Shown here: one piece after another, positions 1 through 12,796 of the stretch
Position numbering within the stretch: the first letter of the stretch is position 1
Layout of the letters: each line of letters begins with the position of its first letter
DNA from: Eledone cirrhosa
Taxonomy: Eukaryota
Length of the DNA stretch: 64,000 bases
Reading direction: 5' to 3'
Assembly: GCA_964016885.1 (NCBI GenBank)
Contig: OZ024741.1
Location: 274,722,001-274,786,000 of the forward strand
Made by a program: the position numbers and the translations under genes
Notes under the pieces: model-generated
Database searches by the model: none
The model's input: only the letters and a program-made list of their open reading frames with translations
What the model was told of the DNA's origin: nothing

Positions 1-8
1 CTCCACTT

Positions 9-56
<48 letters not shown>

Positions 57-172
57 TCTCTCGCCACTCTCCACTTTCTGTCTATCTCTTTCTCTCTTCA
101 TCTCCCATTTTCTCACCCGACTTTTATTTCCCTCTTAAATAAAAATACGTTTTACATCTATGCCTATACCTA

Positions 173-242
<70 letters not shown>

Positions 243-521
243 AGAATGTGTGTAATTACTTGTAAAATTGTATACCCCCCAACACACACACACACGCGCG
301 TGAGTACACGCACTTATATATAGAGAGAGAGAGAAAGAGAGAAAGAGAGAGAGATGTATATATATGTGTATATATAAACTTAAACATATGCTGTGTATAT
401 ATGTTTACATATATATATTTAAACATATACACACGTACACACATATGTGTATGTGTGTGGGTACAAAAATCTATTTATGTTTGCTCATGTATGTGTGTGT
501 GTGTATAAAGACCTTCATATT

Positions 522-573
<52 letters not shown>

Positions 574-716
574 CACACATGAACTTGCACACATACACTC
601 AGGCAAACTTGGACACACACGCATATAAACATGCACCTATACACATACACGCCTACACACATACATACTCACAAACACACATAAATACATACATACATAC
701 ATACATACATACTTAC
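1..716. repeat. Compound microsatellites (CT)n, (TG)n, (CA)n, (TA)n, (TACA)n
   Basis: Dinucleotide and tetranucleotide tracts are directly visible. Confidence 0.95.
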
Positions 717-924
717 ATACTATTAAGATTAAACATGTCTGCGGTTGTTTTTTCCTCTGTATCATTCTTTCCTCTAAAATAAAAGAGTTCTTCACTAAAA
801 AGTTGATAAAATAAAACTCAACGTCAGAAATTGCATTAAAGACTGTTCTGGGTCTCGGGAATAAATATTGTTTAACTGGTCTCTGGATACAAATTGGATA
901 AAAGGTGAAGCTGCTAGTCATAGC

Positions 925-1635
925 CTATAGTTGTTGTTATTGTGGTTGTTGTTATTGTTATTGCTGTTGTTGTGGTTGTGGTGGCGTGGTTTTGGTGTGG
1001 TTTGTTGTTATTGTTGTGGTTATGATAGTTGTGGTGGTTGTTGGAGTTTGTGATAGTGGGCTGGTGGTGGTAGTGATGGTGATGGTGGTGGTGGTGGTGG
1101 TTGTTGTTGTTGTTGTTATTGTTGTTGTTGGCGTTGGTTGTGGTGGGTGCTGTTGTTGTGGTGGCTGTGGTTGTGGTGGGGGTCGTTTTTATTGTTGTGG
1201 TGGTGAAGGTGGTGGTCCTTGGAGTTTTTGATAGTGGGCTGGTGGTTGGAGTGATGGTGGTGGTGGTGGTGGTGGTGGTGGTGGGGGTGGGATTGAGGGT
1301 GGTGGTTGTTGTTATTGTTGGCGTTGGCATTGGTTGTGGTGGGTGTTGTTGTTGTGGTGGTTGTGGTTGTGGCTGTGGTGGGAGTTATTGTCTTTGTGAT
1401 TATGGTAGTGGTGGTTAGTGTTGGTGATGGTGGTGTGGTGCTAGTTGTAGCGATGTTTGGTGTTGTTGATGGTGGGGTGGTGGGAGTTTTGGTGATGGTG
1501 AGGAGGTTGTGGTGGGGTAGTTGTTGTTGTTGTTATTGTTGTAATTGTCATGGTGTTTGTTGTGGTGGTTGGGACCGATGTTGTTTTTGTGGTTGTGTTG
1601 CTCTTGTTGTTGGTGGTTCTTGTGTTTTTGTTGTT
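925..1635. repeat. Degenerate (GGT/GTT)n low-complexity tract with internal duplications
   Basis: Trinucleotide periodicity. The block 'gatagtgggctggtggt...gttgttggcgttgg' recurs. Confidence 0.9.
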
Positions 1636-1639
1636 GCGA

Positions 1640-2891
1640 TAGTCGTCTTATACCCCACTGTTTTTGTTAATCTAAGCTACATTGCTAGCCATAATCAACA
1701 TGTGTTGATTATGGCTAGCAATGTTGTTAAACCAGTCTAAGTTGCTATCCATAGCTAAAATTTGTGATGTTGTTGTCATACAGACCTTGGGTGTTGTTAA
1801 CCCAGTCTTAGTTGCTATCAATAGCTAAAATTTGTGATGTCTTACAAACCACAGTTGTTGTTACCCCAGTGTAAAATGTTATCCATAGTCAATATTTGTG
1901 ATGTTGTGATGTGCTTACAGACCATAAGTTTTGTGACCCCTTCTAAGTTACTATTCATAGTCAATATTTGCGTTGTGCCGTGGCTGAGTTATTGTTAACC
2001 CGATCGAAATTACACTTCATAGCTAACATGTGTTGTGGTCTTATAACCTATAATCGTTGTTAGCCCTGTCTAAGCTACTCTCTCGTCATGGCCATCAGTA
2101 TCTTATTGTTGTGGTCTAACAGCTGTCCTTTAGTCCAGTCAATGTCTGTCTTCTTAGTGGAGGTCTGTGTTGTTGGTGTGGTCTAACAGCTGTCGTTTAA
2201 CCAAGTTTATATAAGTTTTCTCAGTCAACATTAATGTTGTTGTTGCTGTAGTCTAACAGTTGTCGTTTAGCCCAGTTAGTGTTTATGTTGTGGTCTAACA
2301 GTTGTTGTTTAACCCAGTCAATGTTTGTGTTGTTGTTATTGTGGTCTAATAGTTGTTGTTTAACCCAGTCAATGTTGGTCTCCTTAGTCAAACTTTTGTG
2401 TTGTTATTGTGGTCTAACAGTTGTCGCTTAGCCCAATGTTTGTGTTGGTGTTATTGTGGTCTAAGAGTTGTCGCTTAGCCCACTTTCTCTTCATAGCCAT
2501 CATTATCTTAATAATTTTTTTTTCTACTTTAGGCACAAGGCCAGCAATTACACAGTACATTACTGGTACTTTATTTTATCGACCCCGTAAGGATGAAAGG
2601 CAAAGTTGACCTCGGCCGGATTTGAACTCAGATCATAAAGGGACGTAACTATGCTGGAAAGCATGTCCGACCCTCTACCGATACTGCCAATTCACCGCAT
2701 CATTATCTTAATAATTGTTTCTACTTTAGGCACAAGGCCAGCAATTAACCAGTGCATTACTGGTACTTTATTTTGTGGTCTAACAGTTGTCGTTTAGCGC
2801 TGTCAGTGTTAGTGTTGGTGTTGTTGTTGTTGTTGCAGTCTAACAGTTGTCGTTTAGCCCAGTCAATGTTAGTCTTCTAAGTCAATGTTTG

Positions 2892-2900
<9 letters not shown>
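1640..2900. repeat. Degenerate minisatellites (~55-60 bp units)
   Basis: Recurrent 'gttgctatccatagctaaaatttgtgatgt' and 'gtggtctaacagttgtcgtttagcccagtcaatgt' motifs. Confidence 0.75.
2516..2697 (-). mobile_element. tRNA-derived SINE (family 1), followed by a partial second copy at 2716-2774
   Basis: Minus strand shows A-box-like tggcagtatcgg, B-box gagttcaaatcc and body 'tttgcctttcatccttacggggtcgataaaataaagtaccag'. Flanked by the direct repeat catcattatcttaataat (2498-2515 and 2698-2715). Homologous to copies at 45.5-46.5 kb. Confidence 0.85.
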
Positions 2901-2922
<22 letters not shown>

Positions 2923-3066
2923 ACTGTAGTTTTACAATTGTTAGCTGAGTCTATTGGAAAAACAAAACAAAACCAAACATTTCCATTATTTATGGATGCC
3001 TGATTCAATTTAACAATTACAACAGATGGTTTCACTTAGCTGATACTTTTTTCTATTGCATCTACA

Positions 3067-3690
3067 AGTGGTGGTGGGGGAGTAAAGGTGGTGGTGGTGG
3101 TGTTGATGGTGATGGTGGTGGCGGTGGTGGTGGTGGTGGTGGTGGCGATGGTGGTGGTGCTGGTGATGGTGGTGGTGAAGATGGTGGTGAAGGTGTTGTT
3201 GTTGGTGGTGGTGGTGGTGGCGGTGGTAGTGGTGGTGTTGTTGTTTGTGGTGGTGGTGCTGATGATGGTGGTGGTGAAGGTGGTGGTGCTGGTGATGGTG
3301 AAGGTGGTGGTGAAGGTGTTGTTGTTGGTGGTGGTGGTGGCGGTGGTAGTGGTGGTGTTGGTGGTGGTGATGGTGTTGAAGGTGGTGGTGGTAGTGGTGG
3401 TAGTGGTAGTGTTGGTGTTGGTGGTGGTTGTATTGGTGCCGGTGGTGGTGGTGGCGGCGGTGGCGGTGCTGGTGGTGGTAGTGGTAGTGGTGGTGGTGGT
3501 GTTGGTGTTGGTGTTGGTGGTGGTTGTGGTGGTGGTGATGGTGGTGGTGATGATGGTGGTGGTGGTGTAGGTGTTGGTGGTTGTTGTGGTGGTGATGCTG
3601 GTGACGTTAGTGGTGGCGGTGCTGGCGGTGGTGGTGAAGTCGGTGGAGGTGATTGTGGTGGTGGTGTTGATGTTGATGGTGTTGGCTGTA
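3067..3690. repeat. (GGT)n-type low-complexity tract
   Basis: Directly visible. Confidence 0.95.
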
Positions 3691-3774
3691 TTGCTGTTTT
3701 ACCTCTTCTCTTCCTCCCTATCTCTCTTTCTCACTCTCTCCCTACATATACAGTATATATATGTATATGTGTGC

Positions 3775-3819
<45 letters not shown>

Positions 3820-3947
3820 GAGAGAGAGAATTGACATCTCTCTTTCTATGGAAAATAATCGATTGTGTTCCGACTTGAAGAGAAATGGGCTCCGCCATAT
3901 TTAAAATACCCAGGACTTTGCCCTTACGACTCCATTGGTAGTTTAGA

Positions 3948-4600
3948 GCTTCTTCTTCTTCTTCTTCTTCTTCTTCTTCTTCTTCTTCTTCTTCTTCTTC
4001 TTCTTCTTCTTCTTCCACTTCCTCTTCTTCTTCCTCCTCCTCCTCCCCTCATTTTCTTCTTCTTCTTCTTTTTTCTTTCGCTTCTTCTTTCTTCTTCTTC
4101 TTCCTCCTCCTCCACTTCCTCTTCTTCCTCCTCCCCCTCCTCTTCTTCTTTCTTTCTCTTCTTCTTTCTTTCTCTTCTTTCTTCTTCTTCCTCCTCCTCA
4201 ACTTTTTTTCTTTCTCTTCTCCTTCTTCTTCTTCTTCTTCCTCCTCCACTTCCTCCTCCTCCTCCTCCTCCACTTCCTCTTCTTCTTCTTCTTCCCCCTC
4301 CTCCACTTCCTCCTCTTCTTCCTCCTCCCCCTCCTCTTCTTCTTCTTTATTTCTCTTCTTCTTTCTTTCTCTTCTTTCTTCTTCTTCCTCCTCAACTTTT
4401 TTTTTTCTTTCTCTTCTCCTTCTTCTTCTTCTTCTTCTTCTTCTTCTTCTTCTTCTTCTTCTTCTTCCTCCTCCTCCTCCTCCACTTCCTCTTCTTCTTC
4501 CCCCTCCTCCTCTTCCTCTTCTTCTTCCTCCTCCTCCCCCTCTTCTTCTTCTCCTCCTTCTTCCCTTCCTCCTCCTCCTCCTCCTCCTCCTCCTCCTTCT
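3948..4600. repeat. (CTT/CCT)n polypyrimidine tract
   Basis: Directly visible. Confidence 0.95.
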
Positions 4601-5532
4601 AACACACTACGAGACACAATACACTGTGGCACTATTCCATCACTATGTCTTTGAAAGTTAATAACAACCTATGACGGAGCAGCGTGGGTCGCTATATCTT
4701 CACAGGAACACTACGACTGTGGTAGGCAGGGTGTGGCACTGCCTCCCCCACTCTTAAAGCGGAAGCACCACTAAGAAGATTCCTTTGTAACCCCAACCAT
4801 ATCCAAGTTACGGGGACTTGACTGACCGTTGCCTTTACGTCACAGTCGGCGTCGAGGCCCCTGGTGTTCTCAGTCCCTGACCTGCCGTTTTCCTCCGCAA
4901 AATTGGACAGATTGTATCCCGTCTGAGGAAGGTAAAGTGATTGGTGTAGTGGGTGTCGCTGGCTGTTTTCCGTGGCAATGCGTTCGCCATTTTGTTCGCA
5001 GGACGCTGCTGAGATATACTTCCGTTATTTTAATTATATCTCTACATTTATCCCTTGAAGATGTCCCTTTCTGTCATGGCTGACCATGAACTGGCACCAG
5101 AATATTCCTCTCTAATATGCGGGCCTGGGCAAGAAATGTTATGGAAGATCGGTAGTCACCCCTCAATAACAGCCCAAGTCCACGCCACAAATATTGTTCA
5201 AGGGAAAAGTAAAAGCCGATACATATTGGTATTTATGTTGGTTGTCGTAATCGAATTCAGAACGCAAAAGGGCCGAAATAAATACCGCAAGGTATTACCA
5301 CCGACAGTCTAATGATTCTGCCGATTCATATATTGTGTTAGTACCCGGAGTATATATATATTAAATATGTTCTAGGTACCCAGGTCATGTATATATTGTG
5401 TTAATACTCGGGATATATTTATATGCTCCTAGTATCCAAGTCATGTATATATTGTATTAATACCCAGGGTGTGTATATATGCTCTTAGCACGCAAGTCAT
5501 GTATACATATATATTGTGTTAATACCCTGGGT

Positions 5533-5739
5533 CAGGCATGTCAAACTAAGGGTCCCCCGATAGCCACATGGGTCACATATGTGTTGTCTGAGGGCCACAC
5601 ATTACAACTAATTGTGCACATTACGATTAATATTTTTTTATTTTATATTACGCTCGCGCTCTAAAAACATTTGTGCGAGCCGCAGGTGTGCTTGTAAAGG
5701 GCCGCAATTCGCCCGCGGGCCACATGTTCGACATGTCTG
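5533..5739. mobile_element. hAT (Charlie-like) MITE
   Basis: TIRs caggcatgtcaaac / gttcgacatgtctg. Imperfect 8-bp TSD ccctgggt/ccttgggg. Inverted homolog at 19639-19808. Confidence 0.8.
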
Positions 5740-5934
5740 CCTTGGGGCATATATATATATGCTCTTAGTACCCAGGTCCTTTCACGGGATAAGGTATTTT
5801 GGAACGTGGGCCGCCAACAGACGTAATCGTGGAAAAACTGCATGCCTGGACAATATGTAAAGAAAATAAACGGAATACTCTGATGGCTGGATAATCTTTA
5901 AGGTTTTCCTAAAAAGCACTAAAAAGCTGAAAAA

Positions 5935-6204
5935 GTGAAGTTTTTCACCTAATGCGGGCCCTAGGCCATAAAAAAGTTGGATTTTCTTTGCTCACGGTAT
6001 GAAGAAGAGACTGACTAATACATAGTTACAATTTCAAGGAAATCAGTCTGACGTAATGACTCAAAAAACATAGTTTTTCAACTAATGCGGGCACTAGGGG
6101 ATCAAAAAGTTGAATTTTTTTATGTGCGTATCACTCCTTGAAACATGTAAAGTTAAAAAAAAGTCGGTTGGGAACATCTCGAGTTTTAGGGATTCAAACT
6201 CACA

Positions 6205-6255
<51 letters not shown>

Positions 6256-6560
6256 CCTCAGGGAAGTGACGCAATGCAGACAGCAGACATACAGACAGAT
6301 ATTAGGAGGGCGCGACGTTATATGTATGTATCTATCTAAAAAGAGAAAGACTAAGAATTAAAGAGAGAGATCGCTAAATCGCATAATGCGGTCCCTAGGG
6401 CATTACAACTTTGAAATCTTTTTTGCTCAGAACACTCCCTGAAACATAAGTATTACATGTGTAAAGTTTGAAAACAGTCGGTTGGTTGGTTCTCGAGTTT
6501 TAGGGATTCAAACTCACACACACACAGACAGACATCCTCAGTTTTATATATATAGATATA
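5935..6560 (-). mobile_element. Putative non-autonomous Helitron-like repeat(s)
   Basis: Minus strand starts 'tctatatatataaaactgaggatgtctgtctgtgtgtg...ctaaaactcgagaacc', i.e. a TC start plus an internal microsatellite, as in insect non-autonomous Helitrons. The unit 'taatgcgggccctagg' occurs three times. Confidence 0.4.
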
Positions 6561-6940
6561 TATTATATTAGTACCTGGGGTATGTATATATGATCTCAAT
6601 ATCCGGATCACAAAAACAAGATAGTCTAAAACAGAACAAAGGAGCGACACACAATAAATCTGTCACTGAGGAGGTCACAGATTGTGTGACAAAAGAGCTT
6701 TGTTAATAAACAAATAAACAACAATTCTGTTATTAAACTAATCAACTGGAAATTTATAATAAATTGAAGTGAAAATCAACAGGGGCGTGTGTTTTTATTG
6801 GCAGCATGACCCGCCCAAAGTATATCAATATATATATGTGTGCGTGTGTGTGTGTGTGTGTGCGTGTATGTGTGTGTGTGTGTGTACGTATTGTATTTGT
6901 ACCCAGCGTGTGTATATATGGTGTTCATATACCCTAGAAT

Positions 6941-6991
<51 letters not shown>

Positions 6992-6992
<1 letters not shown>

Positions 6993-7157
6993 AGCTCAAG
7001 CCGTTTCGACGGCTAATTCTGTACAGAATTAGCCGTCGAAACGGCTTGAGCTCAGCCGTCGGGGGTCTTACTTACTCCTATTACCCACTCTACTACCCTA
7101 AGTATTGAGTACTTTGGTGCGTTATGGTCCACCTGGTTCCTTACCACTTTTCCCTCG

Positions 7158-7158
<1 letters not shown>
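6992..7158 (+). mobile_element. PLE pLTR-like module (family H) with perfect 62-bp palindrome and half-hammerhead
   Basis: Palindrome at 6992-7053. Contains GAAAC-ggct..agcc-GTC. Shares its terminus with copies at 10751, 32641 and 43474. Flanked by (TA)n. Confidence 0.6.
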
Positions 7159-7190
<32 letters not shown>

Positions 7191-7352
7191 AAATTTGCAC
7201 ATAGCATAACTAGGCTGTAGTACCACCGTGGAAACATTTGTAAGTACACGGAATAAATTACCTTTTTATGATGTCTACCTGTTATTATTCATTCTTTATA
7301 TATATATATATAATATAATATAAGTGTTGATCATATATTTATTTATATTAAC

Positions 7353-7402
<50 letters not shown>

Positions 7403-7518
7403 CGTATATATATTTACAGCTGACGAAAGATTCTTTCTTCTTTTCTCCTCTTGTTCCGTCCAAACCACCATCCTAAACCTTGTTTTTAGTAACCACGCAG
7501 CTCCTTTCGTTTCTTATC

Positions 7519-7574
<56 letters not shown>

Positions 7575-7575
<1 letters not shown>

Positions 7576-9640
7576 TATTTACGTATCGAGAGAGAGAAAA
7601 AAAAAGGGGGAGGATAGGTGATACATATAGTTATTTGCCAAGTAGCGTATGCCAAAGGTGCTCGATACTAGTGCGGGCTGTATTAAATATTCGAAGTGTT
7701 AATATTTAGTGGGCTAGAGAATTAGCAGAGCGTAAGCACGTGGGAAAGTAAGAAATCGGAGAATAGACCGTTAAAACATGTTTATTTAAAACACCACCTA
7801 CGTACGTTTCGCCCAGTTGGGCTTCTGAAGGGCATAAATAATCAAAAGTGTTCCTTACATTGCTCGGAAAGAGTTTTGGGGGTTAAATCCACGTCAAGGT
7901 TCATTGCTCGCAAAAATAGCTTGTTTTGATTTTGCAGCAGGTCAAGGGTGGTGTTAGGGCAGTCTTTCTTGGACAAATTTTTTTTCATCCGCTACGAGAT
8001 GAGGTTACATCCTTACCATTGTCGATACACATGTAATCAACGCTTATTTTGAGAGTTTCTTTTTGCTGCATCTGTTTGTCTGAGTCGTTTGAGGCTGGGT
8101 CTGGTATGCAAGGATAGTTTCCTGGGTGTTATTTTGCAGCGCCTGCCCGCCGGGTGTTAAGACTTGTTGCAGGGAGATCCGGTGCACGGTTTCACTCCTC
8201 ATCCTTAACCCATCTGAAGAAGGATATTTTTAAGCGATGTGTACAAATTATCGCTGTTTCAGCTCTGCTGTTGATGAGCTCGTGGGGTGCAGTTATGATG
8301 TGGTAAAGCTCCATGAGGCAAAGATCGCATTTCCTCTTAAAGTTGTACGGTGCAGCCCTGCCGACAATATCCCAGTGCGTGGAGAAGCTGATGTTTAAGT
8401 CCTTTAGTGATGTGATGTAGTCCGCGAGCGAAGTGGAGTGCCTTAGTTTTTTTATTTGTGAAAGAGTGGAGATGTGTTCGAAACCTAATTTTGAACGGGC
8501 GGGAGGTAGCCCCTATATAATGTTTAACGCTATTGTGGCTAGTTATAGTGCATCTATATATAACCCTATCAGTCAAGCAGTATCCTCTAAGGGGGCAGCG
8601 TCCTCTGTCGCGGCAGTTGCAATTTCTGTCGCGGTTCCGTCTATTTCCCACGGTAAGGCTATCATTGTTGCTGCCTATGTTGTTACCCACGCTACCGCAG
8701 CTGTCGTTAGCACCATTATAACCCACAGCACGCGGGGTGGTGCGATTGTTATTCAGCACGTCATGTCCTGCATGTTCGCCAGTCATTTCGCGGTTATGCT
8801 GGTTGCGTCTGCAGATGCCGTTGCCAACACTATTGGATGCTGCCAGGGAGTCGTTAAGGCCGATATAGTTATTGTCAGGTGTAGGTGCGTCTGAGTCGAG
8901 GTACTGTGTCTTGGTGATCTTACTGTGGTTCGTTGTTCCTATGATGTTTGCTAGGTTAGGAGTAGTAGAGAAGGATATTTTTATATTGTTCCTATTAAGA
9001 ATTTTTGTATACGTATGGTTGGGCGGGAAGTTCTTCTCTAAGGCTTCGAAGAACATCCGGGGTATGTTGGAGGCCACACTCCGAGAGTAGGGGGCGTGGA
9101 ACCATAGGACGTTACGGTGGCGATTACGTGCCCTTGTACGTTTGCTACGGGTGGTTCCATCTAGGTGACCGCTCTTATGTGTGTTAGTGCGCAGTCGCCC
9201 GTTCGGTGCCCCTTTCACTTTATGCTCGGGTGCACTCTTCCTACCTCTTCCATGTTTATGTACAGGAAGATGTTAGTTGGAAGGCGTTGGTAGTAGGGTG
9301 TCGCATTTGTTGGTTTTGTAATAGTGGAATAGTTCGAGTAATCTACAGTGGTCACCGTCGCCGGGGTAGTGATCTTTAGTGCTATTATCTATTCTATTAT
9401 ATCCCACTTCAACGAGGTCGCCGCGTGATCGGTGGTTTCTAGAGAGGGTGGTTTCTAGAGCTAGCGTTAGGGATGTAGGAAATTCCTCGGTTAAAGCCGG
9501 CGTTTATCAAGGCCCTATTGTAGTAATCTGCCGCTTGATTGAAGATATCCTTATTGGCGGATAGTCTCGAGATTCTATGTGAGATACTATAGACTATGGA
9601 GTTGAGAGTCTGCTTAGGGTGGTTGGAGGCATAATTAATA
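7575..9640 (-). mobile_element. 5'-truncated, frameshifted Penelope-like element (Nematis-type): RT thumb + GIY-YIG endonuclease
   Basis: ORF 9439-9696 has SNHP...ISHRISRLS..IFN....YY..AL...GF. ORF 8337-9218 has WFHAPYS, CNCR....CPL.G.CL, VIY...YIG and R. A shifted frame continues 'CDLCLME'. (TA)n on both sides. Confidence 0.9.
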
Positions 9641-9661
9641 TAAATATATATATATATATAT

Positions 9662-10169
9662 AACATGAGAAGAATGAATACTGCGTCGTTGCACATGGGT
9701 TACATATGATAAAAATAGTCCTTCATCAGTGATTTTCCAACCTTCATTGGTATTTCATCACTTTAAAAATCATACACCTCCAGTTGGTGCGAGCAATAGC
9801 TAAATAAAGCTATTGGGACAAGTAAATCGCGTAAAGCGAGCGAGACAAGTAAACAAACATAGAAGGATAGCAACGCAAAGATAGGAAAAAACAAGCGCAT
9901 GGGAGTCCCACCAGCTTAAATTGTATATAAATATATATATATATAAATTAATAAAAACAATGAATAAAAACAAAGATCAGTTCCTTATATTAAAAAATTC
10001 AGGAACTGTTTCTTTGTTTTTATTCATTGTTTTTATTAATTTATCTTGACTCTGTTTTCCTGTGATTTTCATCGAAATAATTTTTGAATACATCTCTTTT
10101 CATGATATTTGGATTACATTGAGTTCTTCATCCGGATTGGACACTACCGTATATTTTGGTAGATTTATC

Positions 10170-10172
<3 letters not shown>
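9662..10172. mobile_element. Two pLTR-like repeat fragments between (TA)n tracts, the second with a short fold-back (9945-10045)
   Basis: 9662-9925 matches 32095-32340 and, reversed, 57250-57420. 10000-10172 matches 31850-32011 and, reversed, 42792-42985. Confidence 0.7.
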
Positions 10173-10230
<58 letters not shown>

Positions 10231-10492
10231 ATATAATAAATCAGGAAAAAAGAGTGACACGGTTTGCTATACAAAAAATGTTTTTAATCTCATTGCTGAC
10301 AATTGTTTCTCTGAACTGATTTATTATTACTCCAAGTGTTTACAACATAGGAATTACAGCGTACTCGCAGCATCACTATGGAAACGCCTTGTTGAGTCAA
10401 ACTTAGCCAAGCGTTGATATCATCCACTACCCGGAGTACCATAATTGGACTACACCTAAGAGGACTGCATATAACTATTATTTGTTACCCCT

Positions 10493-10543
<51 letters not shown>

Positions 10544-10571
10544 TTAGTACCCAGGTATATATAGTTAATAG

Positions 10572-10634
<63 letters not shown>

Positions 10635-10664
10635 TTAGTACCCAGCTATAGAGAGTTAATAGGG

Positions 10665-10695
<31 letters not shown>

Positions 10696-10750
10696 TTAGT
10701 ACCCAGCTATATATAGTTAATAGGGTATATATATATATATATATATATAT

Positions 10751-10960
10751 AACGAAGGAAATGTGATAAGAAACCAGATGGACCATAACGCACCAAAGTA
10801 CTCAATACTTAGGGTAGTAGAGTGGGTAATAGGAACGAGTAGGACCCCGACGGCTAGGCTCAAGCCGTTTCGACGGCTAATTCAGGACTAAAATCATTTT
10901 AGTCCTGAATTAGCCGTCGAAACGGCTTGAGCTCAGCCGTCGGGGTCCTACTCGTTCCTA
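10751..10960 (-). mobile_element. Family H pLTR-like module with ~130-bp inverted repeat (10830-10960)
   Basis: Arms taggaacgagtaggaccccgacggct...aggactaaaa / ttttagtcct...agccgtcggggtcctactcgttccta. Flanked by (TA)n. Confidence 0.7.
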
Positions 10961-10968
10961 TATATAAC

Positions 10969-11076
<108 letters not shown>

Positions 11077-11434
11077 GTTAGTACCCAGGTATATAGAGTT
11101 AATAGGGTATCAATAAAGTCTAGCTACTGTTCAGATGATAATCCTTCGGCTGTTTATCAGAGTATGAGGATTTGAAGAGAGGAAGCAGTGACCGTCTCGT
11201 CACGGTCCGTTGATAGCGCTGTTGGGAAAAACCGCTACCATGCTACCCCACTACCCCGCTAACCTGCTACCCCACTCCCGCCTACCCGGACAGATATGAA
11301 GGCTACACAAACCAATTTCACGGATGATTCACTCGGTACAAAGACGCTAAAGAAGTCAGTGACAGGGTTTCGTTTCCCCGTCGTTGACTGAGTGTGAAAT
11401 TGGCTATAATTGAGGGTACTGGGTGGCAGTAGGG

Positions 11435-11880
11435 GTTGGGTTGGTTAGCTGACTGGCTGCTGGCTGTTTGGTTGGTTAGCTGGCTGGGTAGCTGGCTGGT
11501 TAGCTGGCTTGTTGGTTGGTTGGCTGACTGCCTGGTTGGTTGGTTGGCAGGCTGGTTGGTTGGTTGGTAGGTTGGTTGGTTGGTTGGCTGGTTGGCTGTT
11601 TGGTTGGTTGGTTGGTTGGTTGGTTGGTTGGTTGGCTGGCTGGCTGGTTGGCTGTTTGGTTGGTTGGTTGGTTGGTTGGTTGGTTGGTTGGTTGGTTGGT
11701 TGGTTGGTTGGTTGGTTGGTTGGTTGGTTGGCTGGCTGGTAGGCTGTTTGGTTGGTTGGTTGGTTGGTTGGCTGGCTGGTTGGCTGTTTGGTTGGCTGGG
11801 TGGTTGGTTGGTTGGTTGGTTGGCTGTTTGGTTGGTTGGTTGGTTGGGTGGTTGGTTGGTTGGCTGGCTGGTTGGTTTGC
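11435..11880. repeat. (GGTT/GGCT)n tetranucleotide tract
   Basis: Directly visible. Confidence 0.95.
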
Positions 11881-12156
11881 TTTAGTGATGGATTTTTGAG
11901 TGTAGAAGATGATGTATGTATGTGTGTAGTGTGTAGTGTGTAGTGTGTATAGTGTAGTGTATTGCCTGTGTGTGTGTGTGTGTGTATAGTGTAGTGCGTG
12001 TATAGTGTAGTGCGTGTATAGTGTAGTGCGTGTGTATGGGGTGGGGGTATCAGTGGATATGGGTGGAATGTCAGGTGTCGGATAGCGACAGAGTGAGAGA
12101 GGGAGAGAAAGAGAGAGAGAGAAGGGCTATGTGAGAGAGAGAGAGAAGGGCTATGT

Positions 12157-12201
<45 letters not shown>

Positions 12202-12344
12202 GGTATGTGAGAGAGAGAGAGAGAGAGAGAAGGGGTATGTAAGAGGGGTGTTATCAATAACTATTGTACCCCGTCAGATTAATCTCTTCAGTCATCAGTC
12301 TTAAGTGACGTCTCCTGTGACCATCTCTTTTATCTCCGTCTCTA

Positions 12345-12796
12345 ATCATCACTGACTTTCATCCCCCTCCCTATTCTTACTATTATCATCATCATCATCA
12401 TCATCACCACCATCATCACCACCGTCACCACCATCCTTACCAACGTCGTCATTATCATCATTATCATTTTAATTATCATTACCAGCGTCACCACCGTCAC
12501 CACCACCCTTATCACCATCACCACCACAGTCACAATTATCGTTATCCTCATCACCATCACCATCACCACCGTCACCATCATTATCACCATCGCCGTCATC
12601 ACCATCACCATCATTATCACCATCGCCGTCATCACCATCATCATCATCATCAACACTGCCGTCATCATCATCATCAGCATCACTACCGTCACTATCATCG
12701 TTATCACCATCATCATCACCACCATCATCATCACCACCATCATCATCACCACCATCATCATCAACACTACCGTCATCATTGCATTGATCACCATCA
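12345..12796. repeat. (CAT/CAC)n low-complexity tract
   Basis: Directly visible. Confidence 0.9.

Noticed and set aside
4600-5220. Host exon(s) in unique GC-richer sequence
   Set aside because: No consistent frame with matching splice sites and no recognisable peptide.
6661-6705. Hammerhead at CTGAGGA-gtcaca/tgtgac
   Set aside because: GAAA reads AAAA and stem I does not close. At best a decayed copy.
10540-10730. CRISPR-like repeat-spacer pattern
   Set aside because: The spacers are just (TA)n, the context is eukaryotic and there are no cas genes.
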